A DNA stretch of 64,000 nt from Fibrobacteria bacterium. Its GTDB lineage: Bacteria > Fibrobacterota > Fibrobacteria > UBA5070. The DNA lies in assembly GCA_035352895.1 (NCBI GenBank), contig DAOPYN010000010.1, positions 24,188 to 88,187 of the forward strand, in the 5' to 3' direction. A model generated the notes under the pieces. That model worked only from the letters and a program-made list of their open reading frames with translations, was not told the origin of the DNA and made no database searches. Positions within the stretch are counted from its first letter, which is position 1; every line of letters starts with the position of its first letter. Below, one piece after another: positions 1 to 8,309 of this stretch. The position numbers were made by a program, and so were the translations under genes.

Positions 1-948
1 CATGACGCCGCCCAGGCACTGCGGGCCTTCGGCGTCGCAGATCGCGAGGTCGCCGGCGGTCAACGCCAGATTCCGTCCATCCAGCAAGGTGAGCGTCTCG
101 CCCGCCTTGGCGCCGCGCACGTTCACGCATCCCCCGCGCAGCTTGGCGAGATCGAAGGCGTGCAGGGGTTGCCCCACTTCCAGGAGCACGAAGTTGGTGA
201 TGTCCACCAGGGCCGAGATGGGGCGCAGCCCCACCGTGCGCAGCAGGTTCTGCATCCAGGCGGGCGAAGGGCCGTCCTTCACGCCGCGGATGGTGCGTCC
301 CACGTAGCGCGAGCAGCCGCAGCCGGGCTCGATCTGGACCGGAGTCGTCGCGGCTCCCGAAGCGGCCGGAAGAACCACCCCCTCCAGCGGATTCTTGAGC
401 GCTCGCCCCAGGCGCAGGGCCAGCTCGCGTGCCAATCCCAGATGGCCGGTGGCGTCCGGACGGTTGGGGGTGACGTTGATCTCGAAGACCACGTCGGCGA
501 TGCCGGTGGCCTTCGAAAACTGCTCGCCCGTGGGCAGCGCCGCATCCAGCTCCAGGATGCCGTCGTGGCCGGCTCCCAGGCCGAGCTCGTCTTCGGCGCA
601 CAGCATCCCGAAGGAATCCATGCCGCGCACCTTGGCCGCCTTGATCTCCATGCCGCCGGGCATGACGGTGCCCACGGTGGCCAAGGCCGCCTTGATCCCG
701 GCGCGCACGTTGGGCGCTCCGCAGACCACGGCCAGTTCCCGCGCGCCGTCCCAGACCACGCATTGCGAAAGCTTGGTTCCTTCCACCTTGGCGCACTGGC
801 GCACCTCGGCCACGACCACGCCGGGAAGGGCGTTCACCGCGGTCCACTCCTCCACCTCCAGGCCCACGGCGGTCAGGTGCGAGGCGATCTCCTCGGGGGT
901 CTCGGTCAGGTCGACCAAACGTTTCAGCCAGTTCAAGCTCGCCTTCAT
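1..948 (-). CDS. pheT: phenylalanine--tRNA ligase beta subunit (N-terminal part; gene runs off window start)
   Basis: Minus-strand translation from ATG 948..946 (GGAG RBS upstream) reads MKASLNWLKRLVDLTETPEEIASHLTAVGLEVEEWT..., which matches the PheT N-terminus. It lies directly downstream of pheS in the classic operon. It is absent from the ORF track because there is no stop inside the window. Confidence 0.85.
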   Translation of the reverse strand, partial: MKASLNWLKRLVDLTETPEEIASHLTAVGLEVEEWTAVNALPGVVVAEVRQCAKVEGTKLSQCVVWDGARELAVVCGAPNVRAGIKAALATVGTVMPGGMEIKAAKVRGMDSFGMLCAEDELGLGAGHDGILELDAALPTGEQFSKATGIADVVFEINVTPNRPDATGHLGLARELALRLGRALKNPLEGVVLPAASGAATTPVQIEPGCGCSRYVGRTIRGVKDGPSPAWMQNLLRTVGLRPISALVDITNFVLLEVGQPLHAFDLAKLRGGCVNVRGAKAGETLTLLDGRNLALTAGDLAICDAEGPQCLGGVM

Positions 949-1130
949 GGCATTGTCTCCGCTAGTACCAGAAATTGTCCAGGCGCCGCCCTTCGATGTG
1001 GCGGCCCGAGAAACAGTCCGCGATTCGCCGTTCCCTGAGTGATGGCCTGCCCCTCGATACAGCGACCTTCGGTCGCCACTCGGGGAACAGGCCATTGGTT
1101 CGAAGGGCGGCGGATCATGGTCAAGATGCC

Positions 1131-2159
1131 TTACGCCAATCCCTTGAACTGGCGCAGGAAGCGCATGTCGCCGGCGGTCAGGAGCCCGATGTCCTTGATG
1201 CCGTGTCTCAGCATGGCCATGCGGTCCAGCCCGAATCCGAAGGCGAAGCCCTGGAATTCCTCCGGATCCACGTCGCTGTTCTTGAGCACGTTGGGATGCA
1301 CCATGCCGCAACCGCCGATCTCCATCCAGCCTTCGCGGTCCAGCCCCACCGAGCGGCAATCCACGTCCATTTCTGCCGAAGGCTCGGTGAACGGGAAGAA
1401 GCTCGGGCGGAAGCGCAGCAGCGCGCCTTCGCCGTAGAGGGCGCGCACCATCGTGTAGATGGTCGCCTTCAGGTGTGAGAACGAAATGCCCTTGTCGAGC
1501 ACCAGGCCTTCCACCTGCGTGAACACCGGCGAGTGGGTCGCGTCCGAATCGCAGCGGTACACCTGCCCGCAGTTGAGCAGCCTAAACGGCGGCTTGCGGT
1601 CGCGCATCGCGTGGGGCTGGTAGTTCGAGGTGTGCGTGCGCAGGACCAGCGAATCCTCGCCACGTTCGCGCGACAGGAAGAACGTGTCCTGCATGTCGCG
1701 GGCGGGGTGGTCGTCGGCCACGTTCAGCGCGCTGAAATTGAACCATTCGGTGTCGATTTCCGGCGCATCGGCGATCTCGAAGCCCATGCCCACGAACAGA
1801 TCCAGGATCTCGTCGCGCAGGGCCAGGAGAGGATGGAGCGTCCCGGGTTCGGCGCGATCGCCGGGAAGGGACAGATCCACGCGCTCGGAATCCAGGCGTG
1901 ATTGCAGCGCCTGCGCCCGCAGGCGTTCCTGGAGCTGGTCTAGAGTGGATTCCACCGTCTGGCGCAGTGCTTGGACGGCGGCACCGAAGGTGGGTTTCTC
2001 TTCCGCGGAAAGAGCACCGAGGTGACGCATGAGGCCGGAGATTTCGCCCTTTTTGCCCAAGAAACGAGAACGCAGCTCGGCGAGCTGTTGCTCGCCGGCT
2101 GCGTTGATCTCGGACGCGAGCGAAGCCCAGGCGGACCGGACTTCGTCAAGCGGATTCAT
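1131..2159 (-). CDS. pheS: phenylalanine--tRNA ligase alpha subunit
   Basis: ORF 1131..2330 with the true start at [11 protein letters not shown] (ATG 2159). Class II aaRS motifs are present (FPFTEPSAE, GFGLDRMAMLRHGI). The ATG sits 1 nt inside the rplT stop. Confidence 0.95.
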   Translation of the reverse strand: MNPLDEVRSAWASLASEINAAGEQQLAELRSRFLGKKGEISGLMRHLGALSAEEKPTFGAAVQALRQTVESTLDQLQERLRAQALQSRLDSERVDLSLPGDRAEPGTLHPLLALRDEILDLFVGMGFEIADAPEIDTEWFNFSALNVADDHPARDMQDTFFLSRERGEDSLVLRTHTSNYQPHAMRDRKPPFRLLNCGQVYRCDSDATHSPVFTQVEGLVLDKGISFSHLKATIYTMVRALYGEGALLRFRPSFFPFTEPSAEMDVDCRSVGLDREGWMEIGGCGMVHPNVLKNSDVDPEEFQGFAFGFGLDRMAMLRHGIKDIGLLTAGDMRFLRQFKGLA

Positions 2160-2509
2160 TAGGCGACCTTCGCGACCTCGACGACGCGCTTGAAAGCGGC
2201 CATGTCGGAGACGGCAAGATCGGCCAGGACCTTGCGGTCGAGTTCGATCTGGGCCTTGAGGAGGGCGGAGATCAAGCGGCTGTAGGTGGTTCCGCAGATG
2301 CGGGCGGCGGCGTTGATGCGCACGACCCACAGGCGGCGAGCCTGCCCCTTCTTGTCGCGACGATCGCGGTAGGCGTACTGGCGAGCACGGTCCACGGCCA
2401 TCTTGGCGAGCTTGAACACGTTCTTCTTGCGGCCGAAGTATCCGGCGGCGGCAGCGATGATCTTCTTGCGGCGGTTGCGGGACGGAACCCGCTGAGTCGC
2501 TCTGGGCAT
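2159..2509 (-). CDS. rplT: 50S ribosomal protein L20
   Basis: 116-aa product [18 protein letters not shown]...[15 protein letters not shown] is a typical L20. It sits between rpmI and pheS. Confidence 0.95.
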   Translation of the reverse strand: MPRATQRVPSRNRRKKIIAAAAGYFGRKKNVFKLAKMAVDRARQYAYRDRRDKKGQARRLWVVRINAAARICGTTYSRLISALLKAQIELDRKVLADLAVSDMAAFKRVVEVAKVA

Positions 2510-2544
2510 TTCAATTTACCTCGTGATTTGGAGAGCGGCGAAAT

Positions 2545-2742
2545 TTACGCGTAAGGAAGCTGGACGTCAATGCGATGACGATCCGAGGCGTCCACGTAGT
2601 CGCCAAGGCGCAGGTTGCGCTTGAGCTTTTGGGTCTTGTTCTTCTGCAAGTGGCGCATCTTGGTCTGCTTGCACTTGACCTTGCCGGAGCTCTTGACCCG
2701 GAAGCGCTTCTTGGAGCTGGAGAGGGACTTCATCTTGGGCAT
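2545..2742 (-). CDS. rpmI: 50S ribosomal protein L35
   Basis: 65-aa basic protein MPKMKSLSSSKKRFRVKSSGKVKCKQ..., a typical L35. Confidence 0.95.
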   Translation of the reverse strand: MPKMKSLSSSKKRFRVKSSGKVKCKQTKMRHLQKNKTQKLKRNLRLGDYVDASDRHRIDVQLPYA

Positions 2743-2803
2743 CGCGATCTGACCTCTGCTGATGGGTTTGGTTCTGTCTTGGAAAGAGCGTTGGGCAACG
2801 GCG

Positions 2804-3388
2804 TCAGGATTCCGCCGGGGCCGCCTTCGAATCTGGCTTGGCTTCGGCCGGCGCGTCCGACTTGGCCTTCTTGCGCGATGGGGAAAGGAGAAGCCCCAAG
2901 GAACGTCCTTCCATGGAAGGAGCCTGTTCCACCACGGCCTGATCCTCCAGGTCCTTGACCATCTGGTCCAGAAGCCGGCGGCCGTAGTCCATGTGCGCCA
3001 TTTCGCGGCCCCGGAACAGGACGGAAGCCTTGATCTTCCAACCCTTCTCCAGAAACTCGATGGCGTGCTTGAGGCGGTATTCGTAATCGTTCTTGTCGGT
3101 CCGGGGGTGGAACTTGATTTCCTTGACCTTCACGACGTGCTGCTTGGCCTTCGATGCCTTTTCCTTCTTGGCGATCTCGAAGCGGTACTTGCCGAAATCC
3201 ATGATGCGGCACACCGGGGGGCGCGCCATGGGGGCCACCTCCACCAGATCGTATCCCTGCTCCTGCGCCATCTGCTTGGCGATGTGTGTGGGGACCACTC
3301 CGATCTGTTGAGAATCGGCTCCGACCAGTCGCACCTCGGGGATGCGGATCATGTCGTTGACGCGCGTGCGATTTTCGGTGGAGGGCAT
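2804..3388 (-). CDS. infC: translation initiation factor IF-3
   Basis: IF3 homology from MPSTENRTRVNDMIRIPEVRLVG through PPVCRIMDFGKYRFE...VLFRGREMAHMDYG. It has a Lys/Ala-rich C-terminal tail. ATG 3388 was chosen by alignment to the E. coli N-terminus; the ORF track extends to 3538. Confidence 0.9.
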   Translation of the reverse strand: MPSTENRTRVNDMIRIPEVRLVGADSQQIGVVPTHIAKQMAQEQGYDLVEVAPMARPPVCRIMDFGKYRFEIAKKEKASKAKQHVVKVKEIKFHPRTDKNDYEYRLKHAIEFLEKGWKIKASVLFRGREMAHMDYGRRLLDQMVKDLEDQAVVEQAPSMEGRSLGLLLSPSRKKAKSDAPAEAKPDSKAAPAES

Positions 3389-3666
3389 CTCGAAGGAATG
3401 GAACCTGGCCAATCTGTCTCCCATGGGCGCATTGTGGAAACGACGCGTTCGGTGGTGAGGAGCCACTACCCAAAGCGAAGAGTGTGGGAATAGTAGCAAA
3501 TCCTTCGCGAACAATCGAAGGGAACCTGCAAAAGGCACAAGTTCCCCCTATGAGTCAAGATGGAAAGGAGACACTTTGTACACCGGAGAAACCATCCAGC
3601 GTTCAGCAACCTGGAGGATCCGACGAATTGCCCCTCCGTTGGCAACCTCGTTGTACTTTGCACAGT

Positions 3667-4365
3667 ATGGAGGTCCTCATGTCCACCCCCACCAACCGCC
3701 CTCCGGTCCAACACACCTCCAGGGGAGTCACTTTCCTGGAGCTGATGGTCGTTCTGGTGGTCATTGGCCTGTTGAGCGGGCTGGCCGTGGTCAAGTACAA
3801 CACCTTCCAGCGCCAGGCGGAACTGCGGTCTTCCGCGCAGAAACTCTACCAGATCTTCGGATGGGCCCGGCTGGAATCGGAAAAGCGGGGCGACACCTTG
3901 TTGGTGCGGCTGTCCACCTTTCCAGAAGTGAGCGTGTACGTGGACCAGAACGGCGATGGCTTCGTGAATCAAGGAGAGCCTCGACTCTTGATGGATTCCT
4001 TGGCTCGTTCCGTGCGGGTGTTCAAACCAGCGAAGGCTCCACCACCAACCATCGATCCCACCGGTGGCTTTGCTCAGGGCAGCGGTTCCTGTAACTCACG
4101 CAACTGCTGTAGCCGATTCGGCGAAGATGGATTTCCCACTTGGGATGTTCCAGTATTAAAGAATGCGGGGGTTGCGGTATGCGCTCGGAACCTTCCCCGC
4201 ATGCCCTCCGACATCGAGGACGGAGCGATCTACTTGGAATCTGCGGAATCTGGCGTCAAGGAGAAGTGGGCCGTAGTGATGGCCAAGGTGACTTCCAAGA
4301 ATCCATCCCTGTGGACCGCCACCAAGGCTCCGTCAGCGCCCACCGATTGGAGCCAAAAACGATGA
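3667..4365 (+). CDS. prepilin-type N-terminal cleavage/methylation domain protein (FimT/GspH-like minor pilin or pseudopilin)
   Basis: N-terminus MEVLMSTPTNRPPVQHTSRG|VTFLELMVVLVVIGLLSGLAV is a class III signal with Glu at +5. It is the first gene of a four-gene overlapping operon. The stop overlaps the next start (ATGA). Confidence 0.75.
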   Translation: MEVLMSTPTNRPPVQHTSRGVTFLELMVVLVVIGLLSGLAVVKYNTFQRQAELRSSAQKLYQIFGWARLESEKRGDTLLVRLSTFPEVSVYVDQNGDGFVNQGEPRLLMDSLARSVRVFKPAKAPPPTIDPTGGFAQGSGSCNSRNCCSRFGEDGFPTWDVPVLKNAGVAVCARNLPRMPSDIEDGAIYLESAESGVKEKWAVVMAKVTSKNPSLWTATKAPSAPTDWSQKR

Positions 4366-4745
4366 AACGCCACGGATTCACCATTTTGGAAGCCCTGGTG
4401 GCCCTCGTCCTGTTGGGTATCGTGATCACCGGCCTCACCCCCATGTTCCGGGGAGCCAAGTCCTCGCAGGTGGGATCGTACACGGTGGAGCAAGGTTCGC
4501 AGTACGCGGAATTCCGCATCGATTCCCTCCGCTCCCTGGGGCGGGCGGTGTTGGCCAAGCAGCAGATTCCGGGCAACTGGACCAGCCCCGCACTGCCGTT
4601 GGACATGGGCATGACCACCGGAACGTGGATGTGGATGCTGGACACCCCGGCCGTGGCAGGAAAGGCGGGCACCCTCACGGTCCGGGTGCTGTGGCACCAA
4701 GGCTCCGTCCCCCATCAGATCGAGTTGCAAGGAGCCATGCCATGA
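4362..4745 (+). CDS. prepilin-type minor pilin/pseudopilin (PilV/GspI-like), 127 aa
   Basis: Starts MKRHG|FTILEALVALVLLGIV (prepilin peptidase site, E+5). ATGA overlaps with both neighbouring genes. Confidence 0.75.
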   Translation: MKRHGFTILEALVALVLLGIVITGLTPMFRGAKSSQVGSYTVEQGSQYAEFRIDSLRSLGRAVLAKQQIPGNWTSPALPLDMGMTTGTWMWMLDTPAVAGKAGTLTVRVLWHQGSVPHQIELQGAMP

Positions 4746-5986
4746 AACGGGGACTCACGCTCATCGAGCTGCTCATCGCCCTGCTCCTGGCCGGCCTGGT
4801 GGTGGGGTTCGCCGTGACCATGTTGCGCGACGAAAACTCCAACATGATCCACGTGCGGTCGCGCGTCCAATCCCAGACCGCCGCCCGCGACGGCATGAAG
4901 ATCCTGGAATCGGAGCTCCGCGCCGCCGGATTCAGAGTGGCCATGTCCATCTCCACCGCACCGACACGGCCGCTGGAAATGGTTTCCTTGTCCTCCTGCC
5001 CAAACGCCATCGAAGCCCCCTTCCAGTCCTCCGTGGTGGCCATGGATGGCTACAACGGCGGCAACGACACCCTGGATCTGGCCTTTCCGACGATGGTGGA
5101 TGCGACCAGCGGAGCCAATTGCCTATCCATCCGGTGGACGCGGTACGTGGTTGCCAAGAACGGAGATCTGATACGCTACGAGGCGGCATCCAGAGCCAAT
5201 TTTGCAGCAGCACCCCCGGCCGTCGTGGGCAAGAACGTGGATGTGTTCCAGGTTCAATTGGGGGCCTCGGGGATTTCCCGCAACGGCAAGGTGTTCCTGG
5301 CTGCCGCGGATTCGTGCTGTCCAGGCACCACCTGGACCGCGACCGGGGTCACGGTGACTCCCAATGCGACCACCAAGACGGACGAATTGGCCGTGGCAGG
5401 ATCTTGGAGCTACCTATCCAAGGAGAAAGTGCTTTCGATCGGTGAGACCTGGCGCTTGCGGTTCATCGTACAGAACGCGGATGCCGCCCTGCTCAAGGAC
5501 CTGAAGGACAACGCCCCCACCTCGTTCATCAAGATCGGGCTCTTCTCCAGTTCGGGATCGGGAGACGTCACGCTTCCGATCCTCTCGCGCCCTCTCGAGG
5601 CCCCAAGCGGATTCGGACAGCTGGTGGAAGCGGATCTGGTGGTCCCCGAATCCGGCAAGTACAGGATCGGCCTATCCGGAACCGCCACGGGAAAACTCAC
5701 CATCGAGGGATTCAACGCCCTCGCCGTGCGCTTGGGTGCCGATTCCGTTTGGCTCAAGGACCCTTCCGACATGAACCTGGACGATTGGACCCGGGTGAAG
5801 AGCGTCCGTGTGCAGGTGCTCACCCGCGCTCCCGCCGACAAGCAGGATTACCACTCCAAATTCACGGGCTTGTCCAACTTCCTTCAGACCTCCACCTCCG
5901 TTCCAGGGGAGTTCGATGTCAAGGATACCGCCATCCGCGTTCTTCTGGACCACGTCTATCCGGCAGGCAACAATGGAAATTTCTAA
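4742..5986 (+). CDS. prepilin-type minor pilin (PilW/GspJ-like), 414 aa
   Basis: Starts MKRG|LTLIELLIALLLAGLVVGFAV (E+5). It is much larger than canonical PilW/GspJ. Confidence 0.7.
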   Translation: MKRGLTLIELLIALLLAGLVVGFAVTMLRDENSNMIHVRSRVQSQTAARDGMKILESELRAAGFRVAMSISTAPTRPLEMVSLSSCPNAIEAPFQSSVVAMDGYNGGNDTLDLAFPTMVDATSGANCLSIRWTRYVVAKNGDLIRYEAASRANFAAAPPAVVGKNVDVFQVQLGASGISRNGKVFLAAADSCCPGTTWTATGVTVTPNATTKTDELAVAGSWSYLSKEKVLSIGETWRLRFIVQNADAALLKDLKDNAPTSFIKIGLFSSSGSGDVTLPILSRPLEAPSGFGQLVEADLVVPESGKYRIGLSGTATGKLTIEGFNALAVRLGADSVWLKDPSDMNLDDWTRVKSVRVQVLTRAPADKQDYHSKFTGLSNFLQTSTSVPGEFDVKDTAIRVLLDHVYPAGNNGNF

Positions 5987-8228
5987 GCGTTCCGCCCCTC
6001 GCCAGGGAATGGCGATCTTCGCGGTCCTTTCCTTGATGGTGGTGTTCACCGTCCTGGGGGTGGCCGCCATCACCATCGCCCAACGCGACAACTCCAGCAG
6101 CGGAAACGTGCTGGACATCAAGCAGCGCGAAGCGGCCGCCTACGCGGGTTTGGTGTACGCCCAGAACGAACTCGCGCGCGACCCGGCCAACCTGCTGGCC
6201 ATGCTGGAAAGCTGGCGGACCAGGACGCTGTACGCCAGCCCTACCGGCCCCTTCGGACCGGTGTATCTGAAATTCGATCCCACTGCCGCAGTCGCCCTGA
6301 CCACCACCGATCCCGGCATGTACCAGATCCCCGGCTCCACCTCCAAGATCAAGGTGGAAGTCACGGGAATCACCCTGCCAAGCTCCAACCAAGAACCGCG
6401 GATCGCCTTGCGTTCCACGGGCTCCAGCGCTTCCGGAGACGAACAAACGATCCTGGGCGTGTACCAGATCAAGAACATCCGGATGAGCTCCAGCTCCATC
6501 ACGATGCCCCTCACGCACCCGTTCTACGTGAGCGGAGCAGGAAACTGGGACAATCAATCCGTCACCATCGACGGTGGCAATGCGTTCTTTGGCGGCAAGA
6601 CCCACGTCAATGGAACCAATCGTCATGTTATCCTAAAGAGTGCAGGATTGAGAGTGAGCGGCGATTTCGAACTGGACGACATCACAGAATTCACCGTGGA
6701 CAGCAGCGTGTACATAAATGGGGACTTTCTTATCCACCAAATCACGGGGGCTCTCAAACTCAAACAAAACGTAATTGTCACTGGGAATATTTCCCCTCAA
6801 AGTGACGGGGCCACCTTGCAACTTGATAGTTCTCTTTATCTTATGGGGTCGCCGGGATTCACCATTGCAAAAGCTCTTCGCATTGTCATTGGCAAGGATT
6901 TTTACTTCCCAAATGGATCCCTCAAACTTGAATCCGGATCTTGGATCGATGTGGGTGGATCGGCATATATCCGACGATTTGATCAGGACGTTGGAAAAAG
7001 TATTGCGCTGGACGTTGGAAAACGGTTGGAACTATCCGGAAAGGGAGGAGCTCGACATCAATTTTTTGGAACTGGAAATTGGGGACAACTGATTGTAAGA
7101 AACGGTGCACCAGGTAGTACAATCCAGCCAGTCTCTTTTTCTTCAACCTATTTCCCCACCCGAGCGTCCACGGGCCTTCAGGTTTCCAATAACCCTGGTC
7201 CCTCCTGGATAGCCAACAACTTCATTACGGTGGCCAGTACATCAAATAGACTCCGCCTGATGCCCGACAGCGCAACGACCCATTTCCACACAATGGGTAT
7301 GGGATCACCCGTTTACCTCACCTCGGGAACTACTGGAGATGTCGTACTCCTGAACAAATTGGGCAGGCCGGGCGCGGTGAGTCCATCTGTGGATGCCATC
7401 GATGGATTCGACGATGGTCCTCTTGGGCCGCGCTCGGAGGCGGAAATTGCCAACGGAGCGACAAGACCAACAGAAACGTCCGACTTTGAGCTAGGGGTCG
7501 ACCTGAGCAGGGATCCAACCTTGGTTTCGCGTGGATGGATCGCCACTGCAAGCAGTCTTTGCGAAACGCCTTTTCATACCTGCGCGAAAGCGATTCAGAA
7601 TGCATACGATGCAAACGTCAGTTCCAGGTCTCAATTCTACGGCGAGTTCTTTATCGTGCGACTTACCGGAACTAAATTAGGTTGGGACCTGGGGCGCGAT
7701 TCCGCAACTCGACTTAAAGGCAAGTTCATGTTTGTGGTCCAGGGGAACTATGCCGTCGCCGACGTCGTCTGGCCAACTACCGCACCAAACCCAAATGCGA
7801 AAAACCCCCAAAATGTCATTTTCATTTATGCGAGAGGGAAGAACTATATTTTCGATGGTTTCAGTCCTAGATACAAGAACAATACAACAGATCCAGTGGA
7901 GTTTACCGGCTATGTGCGGTATGATGGGGATTGCTCCATGGCAAAACCTTCAATGACACCGCAAGCACCCTTGATCATTAACGGTGCGCTCCATGTGATG
8001 GGTCCCCCGTACAATGGCACTCCTGGCAGCGCCTCATGCCAAGGATTGACAATAAATTCCGGAGCGGCTGTGACATTCAAATTTGACCAGGCCGCGTTGG
8101 ATGCCGTTGGTTCATCGCTGGGAACGGTGTTCACCAAACCCGATGGAACCAGTCTTCCCATGCCCCCCAATCAATTCCTGCTCATGGAGAACTGGGTGCA
8201 GATGCGGACCTTGGGCGAATTGAGGTAG
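5973..8228 (+). CDS. PilX_N-domain minor pilin-like protein (PilX/GspK-like), 752 aa
   Basis: Start MEISKRSAPRQGMAIFAVLSLMVVFTVLGVAAITIAQRD matches the PilX N-terminal domain (hydrophobic segment, no E+5), followed by a large extracellular region. The start overlaps the end of the previous gene. Confidence 0.65.
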   Translation: MEISKRSAPRQGMAIFAVLSLMVVFTVLGVAAITIAQRDNSSSGNVLDIKQREAAAYAGLVYAQNELARDPANLLAMLESWRTRTLYASPTGPFGPVYLKFDPTAAVALTTTDPGMYQIPGSTSKIKVEVTGITLPSSNQEPRIALRSTGSSASGDEQTILGVYQIKNIRMSSSSITMPLTHPFYVSGAGNWDNQSVTIDGGNAFFGGKTHVNGTNRHVILKSAGLRVSGDFELDDITEFTVDSSVYINGDFLIHQITGALKLKQNVIVTGNISPQSDGATLQLDSSLYLMGSPGFTIAKALRIVIGKDFYFPNGSLKLESGSWIDVGGSAYIRRFDQDVGKSIALDVGKRLELSGKGGARHQFFGTGNWGQLIVRNGAPGSTIQPVSFSSTYFPTRASTGLQVSNNPGPSWIANNFITVASTSNRLRLMPDSATTHFHTMGMGSPVYLTSGTTGDVVLLNKLGRPGAVSPSVDAIDGFDDGPLGPRSEAEIANGATRPTETSDFELGVDLSRDPTLVSRGWIATASSLCETPFHTCAKAIQNAYDANVSSRSQFYGEFFIVRLTGTKLGWDLGRDSATRLKGKFMFVVQGNYAVADVVWPTTAPNPNAKNPQNVIFIYARGKNYIFDGFSPRYKNNTTDPVEFTGYVRYDGDCSMAKPSMTPQAPLIINGALHVMGPPYNGTPGSASCQGLTINSGAAVTFKFDQAALDAVGSSLGTVFTKPDGTSLPMPPNQFLLMENWVQMRTLGELR

Positions 8229-8309
8229 GCATCCACCGGCTGGGTCCGGCGGATGTGGACGAGAAGGAATGGAGCGATTGAGAACGCTTGATCCTTCCTG
8301 GACGCGCCC

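Noticed and set aside
160-1042. Plus-strand ORFs of 292 aa and 215 aa at the window start
   Set aside because: Low-complexity Arg/Ala/Pro-rich translations antisense to the clearly homologous pheT coding sequence. They are high-GC artefacts.
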